From the NCBI GenBank assembly GCA_010909165.1, contig MU008165.1, positions 1,612,001-1,676,000 on the forward strand: a stretch of DNA of 64,000 nt, given 5' to 3'. The translations under genes were made by a program, and so were the position numbers. The notes beneath the pieces are model-generated. The model had not been told where the DNA came from and did not search any database. It saw only the letters and a program-made list of their open reading frames with translations. Numbering within the stretch: position 1 is the first letter of the stretch; each line of letters starts with the position of its first letter. Positions 11,244 through 22,922 of this stretch are shown here, piece by piece. This DNA is from Anthoceros angustus. Taxonomy: Eukaryota > Plantae > Anthocerotophyta.

Positions 11244-14200
11244 GCTCTTTGGCCCGAAATTCCTCGTTTTGCCAACATAGGAGTTTGCTACGTGGCAATC
11301 GCCCACGGGGCAATCCTTGACGGGATAATGTTTCTCCTCACCAACAATGACCATCTCGGCACCTGTGTTCATACAGGGCACCATGCCCACATCTCCCATG
11401 CCCACATCTCCCAAACCCCAAAGCTGATGCCTTGGTAGAGTTTCGTCCCCCTCGTGCCGGCTGTGTGTAGAGCATCTAACTTGGCCAGTCGATACGCCCT
11501 TGCCCCAAGCTAGGGACTGAAATTGAGTAGTGGCCGAGGGAAGTACGAAAGCAGATTCAGGTATCTGCCTCGGAGTCGCCCCAACAAAATCCATACACAC
11601 AGAAGGGAGACGAATCTACCAGGACAGCGTTTTATCTTTCGTCAGTACGAGATCAGTGGTTGAGGCGCCGCGGCACTGGTCAGGTACCCGATTCCCAGTC
11701 GGGATCGTCAAGAACGACACGAAAATCCATAAAAATCAGCTGGGAGCTATTGTAAAGCACGCATCCTTGCATGGCGGGATTCAGCAGACGCGCCTGCGAT
11801 TTTCGCCTCTGCACAGCTTAGAAGTATAGACATCCGGCTTCCGACGAGTCCTAATAGAAGAAGAGGAATTCCTAGCAGAAGAAGAGGCCTTTCACCCAGG
11901 CTACCCAGGTGAAAGTGTTCAAATAATATAAATAAATAAACACTAGTCACACGGCGGAGCCTAAAACTCGTCACATTATTAATGCAAGCATGTGTTTACA
12001 TTTGTTGGAGCATCCTAAGCAAGAGGTGACGCAGCCAATATTTCCTAACATGCCATAAATATAGCAAGAGTGGTACAGCATCTCCCCATGTGGCCCGCAG
12101 AGTATCTATTTCAGCAGCACCATCATCCACAAGGAAAGCACTGGGCTGCTATAGTGAACAGCGTCTGTGTCGAAAGGGGTTTCTCCTGTCAAAGGGGTTT
12201 TGGTAAAAATCCCAACCCTATTTCACCGAAAACTCAAGTTGGTTTGGTTTTTGTTGTTTTTGTAGGTGTTCATCCATCGGTTTCGCATTCTCGGCTCAAT
12301 GCCGCTTCTGTCAAGTCATTTACAGAGCTAGCGCCTTCTAATCGATTCATGGCGATTTAGTCGGCGTGATGAAGGGTCAGTGACCTCATTGTTCCATAAT
12401 TTCGTCATGTCGTAGTTTCTACATTTTGTGTGGTTCTTTATGTTTTTGTATTCTAGGGGGGCCTAAGCGCGCACAAGTGCGCACCTGGTACAATGCTATG
12501 TGCAAACTTGTGCACGCACTGTGCAAAAAGAACGCAAAAAATGATCTTCTATTGGGGAAACATGTCCTTTTGGAGGTCTGAGGATGTACCAGAACTCCCG
12601 ACGAAATAACAAGTAGCAGACATCGGCGGAGGTTCACCTAGACCGCTCTCATATATCTATCCTATGCCCTAATGCGACGAAGAACACTCTACGCCCTTTT
12701 TATCCTTTACGGTATTTTCGTCTCTTTCGGCGGTGACCTAGTACCGGGTTATCATCAAACATACTAGGGGGGCCCAGCTGGGTGAACAAGTGCGTGCACT
12801 AGGGGCAAGGGGCCCAGTGCGCGCACAAGGGGCAAGGAGGCCAGTGCACGCACAAGTGCGTGCACTAGGGGCAAGGTGTGTGCAGCCTCGTATACACGGG
12901 GATCCAGTCCATTCTCTCTCAGAAATCGCACAAACTCGGGAAATCCATGCTCTTTGGCCCGAAATTCCTCGTTTTGCCAACATAGGAGTTTGCTACGTGG
13001 CAATCGCCCACAGGGCAATCCTTGACGGAATAATGTTTCTCCTCACCAATAATGACCATCTCGGCACCTGTGTTCATACAGGGCACCATGCCCACATCTC
13101 CCAAACCCCAAAGCTGATGCCTTGGTAGAGTTTCGTCCCCCTCGTGCCGGCTGTGTGTAGAGCATCTAACTTGGCCAGTCGATACGCCCTTGCCCCAAGC
13201 TAGGGACTGAAATTGAGTAGTGGCCGAGGGAAGTACGAAAGCAGATTCAGGTATCTGCCTCGGAGTCGCCCCAACAAAATCCATACACACAGAAGGGAGA
13301 CGAATCTACCAGGACAGCGTTTTATCTTTCGTCAGTACGAGATCAGTGGTTGAGGCGCCGCGGCACTGGTCAGGTACCCGATTCCCAGTCGGGATCGTCA
13401 AGAACGACACGAAAATCCATAAAAATCAGCTGGGAGCTATTGTAAAGCACGCATCCTTGCATGGCGGGATTCAGCAGACGCGCCTGCGATTTTCGCCTCT
13501 GCACAGCTTAGAAGTATAGACATCCGGCTTCCGACGAGTCCTAATAGAAGAAGAGGAATTCCTAGCAGAAGAGGCCTTTCACCCAGGCTACCCAGGTGAA
13601 AGTGTTCAAATAATATAAATAAATAAACACTAGTCACACGGCGGAGCCTAAAACTCGTCACATTATTAATGCAAGCATGTGTTTACATTTGTTGGAGCAT
13701 CCTAAGCAAGAGGTGACGCAGCCAATATTTCCTAACATGCCATAAATATAGCAAGAGTGGTACAGCATCTCCCCATGTGGCCCGCAGAGTATCTATTTCA
13801 GCAGCACCATCATCCACAAGGAAAGCACTGGGCTGCTATAGTGAACAGCGTCTGTGTCGAAAGGGGTTTCTCCTGTCAAAGGGGTTTTGGTAAAAATCCC
13901 AACCCTATTTCACCGAAAACTCAAGTTGGTTTGGTTTTTGTTGTTTTTTTTGTAGGTGTTCATCCATCGGTTTCTGGCATTCTCAGCTCCAATGCCGCTT
14001 CCTGTCAAGTCATTTACACCGAGCTAGCGCCTTCTAATCAGATTCATGGCGATTTAGTCGGCGTGATGAAGGGTCAGTGACCTCATTGTTCCATAATTTC
14101 GTCATGTCCGTAGTTTCTACATTTTGTGTGGTTCTTTATGTTTTTGTATTCTAGGGGGGCCTAAGCGCGCACAAGTGCGCACCTGGTACAATGCTATGTG

Positions 14201-14600
14201 CAAACTTGTGCACGCACTGTGCAAAAAGAACGCAAAAAATGATCTTCTATTGGGGAAACATGTCCTTTTGGAGGTCGAGGATGTGCGAACTCCCGAAATA
14301 ACAAGTATAGCGGTTGTCGGCGGAGGTTCACCTAGACCGCTCTCATATATCTATCCTATGCCCTAATGCGACGAAGAACACTCTACGCCCTTTTTATCCT
14401 TTACGGTATTTTCGTCTCTTTCGGCGGTGACCTAGTACCGGGTTATCATCAAACATACTAGGGGGGCCCAGCTGGGTGAACAAGTGCGTGCACTAGGGGG
14501 CAAGGGGGCCCAGATGCGCACACCAGGGGGCAAGGAGGCCCAGGTGCGCGCACTTGTGCGCGCACAAGGGGGCAAGGAGGCCCAGGTGCACGCACAAGTG
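11159..14600. repeat. About 1.7 kb tandem duplication (11159-12867 and 12868-about 14600) covering most of exon 1, the 5' UTR and the promoter of the NOP2/Sun gene
   Basis: Near-identical sequence at an offset of ~1709 bp. The junction lies in GGGGCAAGG (11159-11167 and 12868-12876). Confidence 0.95.
12868..12948 (-). pseudogene. Duplicated, truncated and frameshifted copy of NOP2/Sun exon 1
   Basis: ATG at 12948. The G-run is 5 nt shorter than in the 11243 copy (MDFPSLCDF versus MDFPPEFVRF), and the exon 1 donor is lost. Confidence 0.8.
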
Positions 14601-15259
14601 TACGCACCCAAGGTTAAGAATGGTCTAGGAGCATGAACCCATATGGTTCATGCCTCCTAGTGTATTCCCAGACAATTCATCCAAATAAAAAAAGAGCAAA
14701 AAATTTAAAAGATCCCAAAAAAGTCCAATTTTTTGAAGGAAGTGCGCGCACTTGCCCTAAAATTTTGATTTTTTGAATTTTTTGGTATTTTTTGATATTT
14801 TTGTTATTTTAAAGGGTTCCTTTCGACGTTTTCAACCTTTTTTGTGCACCTCCCTAATATGGATATGTTCTTATCTTTACTTAGCCCTCATCTTTTTTGT
14901 AGTGGTTAAAACTTTGAACTAGTAGTGAGAACCTTTTGCATCTTTTGAATCTTGAGATGTTAGGTGTGCGCCCAGCTCCAAGTGCAGACCATGCTACTCT
15001 CATTCTCGTACTGCACGCGGATCAAGAACATCAGGTCAACGAAGATATTATTGTCTTAATGTCTAAGAAACAAAGTCCTGTAAATTTTCCAGAGCGAGAG
15101 TATAGTCTTAGGATTGACTGGTGTAAATGAAAGGTGGTGCGCAAACAAGTTTGCACACCAGAATTATAGCAAGCCCTAAAAACTCTAAATGTTTGTATAC
15201 TTGCCGGTTGTGAGAATAACAGTGTTTCTCAGCATAGGGGTTTGTCTCCGAACCCTATT

Positions 15260-18200
15260 TTAGCCCCAACCATCCAGAAATGCACGTCTCATTTCAGTGT
15301 TTTCAGTGATTTGCGAACCCACAGCCCATGCATCCGAGCCCAAAAGAAGACCTAATGTGCCCACCGTCACAAATGCGGACACACCTTTGTACCAAGTGGC
15401 CGGATGATCGCACTTATGCTCAAAATTTTGAGTGCGCGGACGTCCGGCGCGCTTATATTCCAAAGAGGTGCAATACACTAGGTTTGGAGAGGGTTGCGTC
15501 AATACTTGTGTAGGCAAACACTTTCGTTCAAGTTGCATGTGCACACTTACCACCGCACCAACACTCACATCAATTCTCTTTTCAAACCCGTGATTGAGCA
15601 ATCGGCGGGCATACCTGCGACACAGCCTCGTGTCGAGATAAGCCGCACTTAGATCTGCATTGGGCCCGCGAATTGGATAAGGTAAAGGATGGTGAGGCCT
15701 CCTCAACCGTTCTTGATCAAACTCTTTAGAGCTTACATTTCTTCTTGTCAAGTCCGTACCGCTTTCAACCTTAATCTACCCATGGGTGGCACATGGAGCA
15801 AGTCAGATCTTAAATTCAAAATCTCCTGGCGAATCTTGGCTATAGTTTGTCTCTGAACACCTAACTACGCCATAGCTGTAGTGGGCGTCACAGTGGGTAT
15901 AGACAAGTCCTCCTTTAGAGCCTCACTGAAATACTTAGCCATTTGGTCAAAATCCCCAGCTAGGGCGATCAGCCCTCTTTCTTCATATACTCGCTGGCTC
16001 TCACTAGGGCTCGCAGTGGCGAGCGGATGCTCTCTTATACTTGTGTTCATCAAGCGGGCTTTCATTACTCAAGGACAAATCATCTATTCTATTTATTTTC
16101 TTGCTTCTCGCAAAACATTGTGAAACATTATGCGTCTTCAAAAGGTTGGCCATTAGAAACCACCATCATACATGTCGAATTTTGGAAAATGTAGCTCATC
16201 TAGAAACCAAGGCCTATGCATCTATCGTGCATCAAACTCGAATGAGCGGACATTTGGCGCACCAATCAAAGAGATCCATGCAAGTCATCGGAAGGGCACA
16301 TAGAGTAAGGCCAAAAAGGTTTTACATGTTGTACACAAAGCGAATGTGGGAACATAACATCAACCAACAAATGATTTTCAAAAATAATGTCCATGACTTT
16401 ACGCCTAGATACTGGGATGATTTACAAATTTTTCAAACCACTAAAAATCAGCACTCCATCCTGGTACTGATTAGTCCCTAGGTTGCTTAACAGTGGATTT
16501 GTTACAAAGTTTTCAAAGCGCCAAAAACAAGCAAACCATCCTAGTACTAATCCGACCGGAGAGTGCTTAACCCTGGAGTTCTCAAATCACCAAAAACAAC
16601 CACCCCATCCTGGTGCTGATCCGACCTAGGGGTGCTTAACCTTATGTCATTCTATCGATCCACACCTTTCTGAAGCGGATGCCAATGAAGAGATACAAAC
16701 AATATATATACATTTGCACCGGACGTCCGGCACATCCACTCCACCATTTCCATCTCGTTGGGCCACAAGATTGGGGTCTCAGAAAATGCGCCGGACGTCC
16801 CAGCTTTAGCAGACTCGCGCCAATGTGCCGAACGTCCGCATTGTTCCAATTCCTTCTATGTTTTCACTCTAACAATGGAGATCCGGTTGTGTACTCACGG
16901 TGCACGGCGTCAGCGCTACTTTCTAGAGTCGTAGTTTGGTCCTCTCGAGATGGCCATGATCGGGCTATCGGTTAATGTTCTCTCACAATTGCGCGGACGT
17001 CCGTGATTACTCTTTCGACTGCTGCTTCTTTTTGTTGGTTGCGGACGTCCGTGTTTGGCTTCTTGGACTAATTTTGTTTGGTTTGCCTCATTCACCACCT
17101 AGGAAGTACTATCGCTGCGAAAGAGGTGTTTAGGATTCCTAGCACTGTTAAAATCCTTGAAATCCCTTCCTTGTGAAGGTGAAATCCCTTCTTGTTAGCG
17201 TAAGTGTTCGCAAGAAAATAATATGGTCAATGTCTTTTAGTACATGTTTAAAGAGTGATTTTGCTAAAGATGATGCATTTTGGCCCGTTTTCGGGGGTCA
17301 TTTTTTGGTCTTTAGGGACCCAAACCCCTTTAATGGAGAATAACCCATATCCACAGAGACGCTGTTGAATGACCTTCTTTTAGGAAGGCTCAGAATTGAA
17401 TAAAGTTTAAAATCAAATACGTTTGTGCACGCGTAAACAAGACCTAAACTCTTCGAAACGACCGTTTTTAGTGCGGATTTTTTAGCATGCAATTTGGGGT
17501 TTGGGGAAGTCCGTGTGCAAAAAGAGGTTAATGGAGAAACCTCTTTCTACTCAGATGCGGTTAGTGGACTATGTTGCTGCATATGCATTTGAAATGCATA
17601 CAACCACGCTTGCATATCCTCCAGTTTACCACATTGTCCGTGATAATCCAAGCAGTAGGGACTCCGCTATAGTAAGTATCAAAGACTATCAAGGTGTACA
17701 AGTGGAACTTGTACTTATTGGTACCAAACGTGGCATCAAGGGAGATCACACTATTGTTTCCAATTTGAAGCATCATAGACCTCTGAAAGGCTGTTTGCAC
17801 CCCCTGCATAAAAGAGCCTAAATTGGAAAGGTACCAAACGACGTTTCTGTGAGCTTCTATCCACATCCGCACACTTACCTCATCATTCGGATGGTACTGG
17901 TAAAAACCTGTAGTGACAGTTGATGCCATATTATCAATGTCATGAGGTTGAAGGAAGTCATCACGGCAGGAAGTCATCATGGCAGGGTTCATAACCATAA
18001 GCCTGTGCTTTCAAATCCACTTTCCGAACGTGCTCCAAATAAATTTGTCTTTTAGTGGCTCTTGCAAAAGGTCTGTGTTGGACCCATGCATGTATCTCAG
18101 TACTCAAATGAGCAGCAAAACTTGCCTGTGGGTTTGCATTGTACTGGAAGCCATGACAAATGAGTTGTCGACATGCTGGTTATGGACAATAAACACAGGT

Positions 18201-18690
18201 GCAAGATGAGGCCAACAAGCAAGCTGCATCAAAGTGGTATTGATAGCCATGTTTCACACTAGAGAGTCTTAATATCTTGCCTTTACGTTTCCCTGTGCTT
18301 TGAGATGCCTAGACAGCTGCGTCATTGCTGCGGATATCTGTTCGTCAAAGGCACACCACTACTTGGTGTGCCTGAGCCAAGACCACATGTTTTGTCTACG
18401 TGTGACGTTAGTTCCCCTTGCCTTTTTGTCGGTCTCCTTCCAGAATGAGGTAGGAAATGAGTGGTCCATACTGTCTCCGTGGAGCAAGTCCTCCACTCTA
18501 TCCCACCGAATGATTGCAACATTAGACAACAACGGAGTGCATTTCCTTTTAGTCAACACTTCTCTGCCGATAACAACAGAAGATAATGTCAAATCAAGGA
18601 TTTTGAAAGGACCTTGCGGTCCTTCCTGTACCTCCCACCCGATCGGCAGGTCAAGACCAGCTAATGCTTCTACACTCATAGCTTGAAATG
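15260..18690 (-). mobile_element. Degenerate Mutator-like (MULE/SWIM-type) transposase remnant, interrupted by other sequence at about 16.1-17.55 kb
   Basis: 17561-17998 reads FMQGVQTAFQRSMMLQIGNNSVISLDATFGTNKYKFHLYTLIVFD..GVPTAWIIT (MULE catalytic segment). There is a possible decayed SWIM finger (KCDHPATWYKGVSAF) near 15370-15410. TIRs were not found. Confidence 0.75.
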
Positions 18691-19810
18691 TTCGACATCC
18701 GATGGATCGGCGTTCACAGTGAGTGCGCGGTTGGTGAAGGCGCTCGCGAGTTTGAGCATGTAATGTACGTGCAATAATAGCCTAATAGTGTTCATGGCAT
18801 CGTGAACCATCCGTGAACGGGATTACGCTTTCGTAGGCTTAATTACATACGATGCTTGGATGGATGCATGGCCATAGCATTAGGGGATGCACCGGCATCC
18901 CGGTGGTAACGGGCAACCGGAGTATGAGTGGTGGGGCCCACGTCTGCACACACGTGCGCATTAATAACTTGACGAGTTTTAGGAACCACGGCTTCTGACG
19001 GGTCCTAATAGAAGAAGAAGAATAATTCACCCCAGGGTCCTAAAAAGAAGAATTCTACCATGGGGTAGAATTCCCCCCGGAATTGGGTGTACCATGATGT
19101 GCCTAAGCTTCTTGCACCAAGGGCATTTACTCACTTTGAGCCCGCTCCCTCCTCCTATCCAAAACACATAAACATTGGATATCAGATAGGTTGGGTTCAA
19201 TGTTGGGTCAAGGTTGGGTCCAAATCCAAGGTTGGGTCCAATGTTGGATATCATGGAGCAGAAAAAGAGGGGGGGTTTAGGGAAGGAGGAGGGAGGAAGG
19301 AGGGGCAGGAGGAGGAGGGAGGAGGAATAGGGAAGGAGGGAGGAGGGAAGGAGGGTAGGGAGGGGTGGAGAAACTAGGAGGAATTGTGGCAACAAAAAGG
19401 AAGAAAGCTAGGGAGGTCAAGTGACGGACACAGTGCTAGGAGCACATGGATGAGGCCGAGATCAGAGGAGGCTAGAAGAAGGTGAGGAGGGAAGCAACAA
19501 TGTTCTTGTCTTGTGACCAAGGATGTCAGGGGAGGTAGGATGTCGGGGAGTAGTGGTAGGCCATGCAGGAGCGTCATAGTTGCAGGGAATGGGTACAACC
19601 AGTGATAGAAACCCTTTAGCAGGACAAGGGTTTCATAGCCGAGGGCAATGGGAGTTCCATTGCCTTGTTCAACGGAGGATACTAGATAATTTCTAGTCTA
19701 GTGCTTTGAATTTCTAGGGTCTTTTCAGTTTGAGCGCTTGGCCTGCAAGCCTTAAGGACAAGTCCAAGCCCTTGGCCTGGATATGTCCCCGAATGCCTTC
19801 GATGAACATC

Positions 19811-19900
19811 TTCCTGGCTACTCATTTTTGGCCTGCTCACTTCCTGCCTCCTCACTTCCGGCCTGCTCACTTCCTGCCTACTCACTTCCGGCTTTCTCGC
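19811..19900. repeat. 15-bp tandem repeat, 6 units (TTCCKGCCTNCTCAC), with alternating variants
   Basis: Units at 19811, 19826, 19841, 19856, 19871 and 19886. They translate as (P/Q)EVSR on the minus strand. Confidence 0.85.
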
Positions 19901-21271
19901 TTTCGGATTCTGCCTGCTCACGTCTGGTTCTGGATTGTGCCTAATGGCAGATTCTGCCCTTCCGGATTCAGCTTGTTGACTTCCCTGACTTTCTTTCTTT
20001 CCCTCAACCTGCACACTAGCTTTTGGTTCAGGCTTAGAACTTGATCTCTCCAATCATCGTACTCTATGTAGAGCTTCACCAAAGCAATCCCCACATAAAT
20101 TGCTAGCGCGAAGGAGCTTAAGACCAAGCCCCATAGCACATATTAGGATGATGGAGGAGGGCACATAGGGTAGCACACAAGGGGAGGAGGAGCAGGAGGG
20201 GGGAGCACCATGGCCGCCAGCGTCTACCCTGTCTGCACGATCCCCTAACACACGTACCCTCACCCTACCCCCTAACATCCTCACCCCCATCCCTCCCCAC
20301 CCACACGGGCCCTACCCTCAGGGGACATCATCACGATAACCCCCCTCGCTCGCTGTGAGGCCCGTCGTTGTCTGTGAGGCTCGTTGTTGGTTATGAGGCC
20401 CGTGCAAGGGTGCCACAATGACCCAATGCCCAGCAAGGGTGCCACGCCACCACCACCGTGGTATCGCCCTAAGCAAGTCCTATCTAGTCCTCTACAATGC
20501 AGGCGCCATTCATCTTCCAGCTTTTTTTCTTCCTGCATCTTTGCTTCTAGGTTGGGGATGGATTCCTCTTTAAAGCCACTCGACAAAGCCCGACCTTTAA
20601 TTCTGACCCCGCCACCAGTCCCTACTCATCTCAAGGGAGCAGCCGCCATCATCACATCCTGGGCAGAAGAGCTGCACGTTAGTCCTCTAGGAATAGCGCA
20701 AATAATCCGCTTCATTGACGAGGGTTGGCTGTAGTTGCATCCAGTTCCGCTACGAATGTAGTGGCCAGCCGCTGTGGGCCTCGGACTCTTCCCTTGGGTA
20801 GGAAATGAGCTAGGTTTTTGTTTTTTTTCGTAAGTGTAGAGTAGAAAATAAGGCGGAAAGGGAGAAATAAGGTCGGAGTACTCCGGACTACACTCCGGAG
20901 TAGGTAGAGCGACTCCGGACCACACTCCGGAGCGGCTACGGATAACACTCCAGAGCGGATACAGCCCGCAATTCAGAGTACACCGTGGTAAGTCCGGACT
21001 ACACTCCGGAGTAAGACGGGATAAGTACGCCAAGTAAAGTAACTTGGGAGTCGGGAGCGTATTTTGGGCAGGAGTAGCCACATGGACGGTGCTGAGTGGT
21101 GGACAAGGATCCAGCGGACCAGGGCCGTAGGGTTTCCTGTGGCCGTTATAGGCAGGTATTCACGCTCGTCTGAGGCGCCCGGTGTAGGAGCCGTCTGGCG
21201 GTTGGCGGTACCGGTATAAAACGTCTGTGGCGTAAGGCTAGAGTAAGCCATGTAGGCCTCGGCGATTCTGA

Positions 21272-21695
21272 GCGGCGAGATGCCCTCCGTATGATTACTC
21301 TCGACGTTGCGGCCCGGAGCGAAGGTCATTCTTCCAAGCGACCTCGCGACGGTTTTCGCAGTCTCTCGCGCTCAGACACCCGGCTCTCTGGCGTTGTCTC
21401 TTCAAGCGCCCAAGCACCCTTGCGCGCGGCTCATCCTCGTGGTTGGAGCGACCGACGCAGCGACAGAAGGACAGAGGATTGTTGAGCCTCAACCCCCAAC
21501 AGCGGAGCAAGAGGAGCGCGGCAATGGGGCCCAAGAATGCGGCGGAAGTGTGGGAGCCCTGGCACCTGGTGGAACGGAATATCGTCACCAAGCGCTACCC
21601 GGACTTCGGACCTTGGTTGGCGGAGGCGGAGGAGCTGGTGGAAGACTGGCACCTGGATATTTTCCAGGCTGTCTGGACCTTCGACAGCGTCACCC
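21272..21695 (+). pseudogene. 5' half of a Gypsy-type accessory ORF (plant transposon protein-like), cut by the copia insertion
   Basis: The open frame ...PWHLVERNIVTKRYPDFGPWLAEAEELVEDWHLDIFQAVWTFDSVT joins in frame to QSSMSGKMLAANKEV at 51188 when one CACCC TSD is removed. Confidence 0.65.
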
Positions 21696-21932
21696 TAAAG
21701 ATATGCATAAAGATATGCTGCCTCGGGATCATGCAACGCGGGTGTGAGAATAGAGCATGTGGAAGAAGTAGACGCACAAGCAAGGAATCACGAAAGAGAG
21801 TAAATTAAAGAGGAAATAGCACAAGGCTATATACATCAAGTAAAGCGGTTATTGAAACCGTCATAACTAAAATGTAGAACTAACTTCTTAACCTAGGCTA
21901 GGATACTTAAGGTACTAACCAGGTTTTCTATA
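21696..21932 (-). repeat. Copia 3' LTR (237 bp)
   Basis: Matches 50956-51182 apart from a few substitutions and 1-3 bp indels. It begins TATA directly after the PPT. Confidence 0.92.
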
Positions 21933-22125
21933 CTCCCACTTAGTTTTAGCATTTTTGAAACATAAAGAAGGAATCAAAAGTATTCTATGTACGTCTGAGA
22001 AACATAATGAATCCTCAGACTCCTGCTAAACGTGAGAACTGTCCTACACCGTCCAGTCCCGCTCACTCCTTGCTTACGCTCATCACGCTCCACGCCTACG
22101 CTCCAAGGCTCCAATAAGAACAGCA

Positions 22126-22922
22126 ATGGCCACACTCAGCGCTACAGAACTCGCGCTCCTAGTTGTGACCATCTTCATCTTGGGTGTCCTCTGTCGGTGG
22201 CGATCCACAGCTACAAGTTGTTGTCTTCACTCCAGAATCAGCTGGTGCGAGATGTCGGATTCCTCGCAGGGCCTCAAGTGTCTTGGATGTGAGAGGCTGT
22301 GGGTTCCTGTCGTCAAATTCTCGGAACGCCAGTCCACTCTCCACGCAATGTCTTGCCCTGACTCCAACATAGTCTCCTTCAACACGCCTGCTGGCTCTCC
22401 TCTGCCTACAGACTGCTCAAAGGCAAAGACAGCAAGGAGGGTGCAGAACTTTGACAATAGAGGCAACCCAAAACAGGTGTTTGCTGCCTCTTCTGCAGAT
22501 TTTCATCAGGCAACACTAAAGGAGACCGAGTACAAGCTCAAGAAAACGGGAATGGCAGCTGTGGCTATGGACCCAACTAAGGAGGAACTGCTAAACTACA
22601 TGAAAGTTCCTCTGCCCATAGACTCTGAAGATGAAGCTTACATGGAGAGGGAGTGGGGATGGAAGCCTGCAAGGAGTGTCACAAAGGAAAAGAGGAAGAA
22701 AAGGTGGAGAAGAAACCTGAGCCACATGTGACAGAAACTGGCTTGCTGGTCACCTATGGCTGTAAGTACCTGAACTTTCCAGGCTGCTTTTCTATGTTTG
22801 TGCTATCACTGACCCACCTTACGTTCATGCAGCACTTCCTGAGGAGTTTGCCAAGGCTAATAGGGCTAGAGGAACTGACCAAAACTCTGAGCAAGGACGG
22901 CAAACTCCCACACAAGGATTAG
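22126..22922 (+). CDS. Antisense extra ORF in the copia 3' region (hydrophobic N-terminus, Cys motifs), with one apparent frameshift near 22650-22730
   Basis: ORF 22126-22731 (MATLSATELALLVVTIFILGVLC..CLGC) overlaps ORF 22653-22922 (CKECHK..). Its TAG directly abuts the pol stop at 22923-22925. Confidence 0.45.

Noticed and set aside
11145-11600. 151-aa ORF as an N-terminal extension of the methyltransferase
   Set aside because: Family similarity starts at MDFPPEF (11243). The upstream part is most likely 5' UTR.
11840-11870. Hammerhead ribozyme resemblance (CYGACGRGTCCTAATAG)
   Set aside because: No copy has an intact CTGANGA, and the required GGAC..GAAA strand is absent.
19603-20056. Solo LTR (TGAT...ATCA)
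   Set aside because: The flanks ACCAG and TCGTA give no TSD, and there is no second copy in the window.
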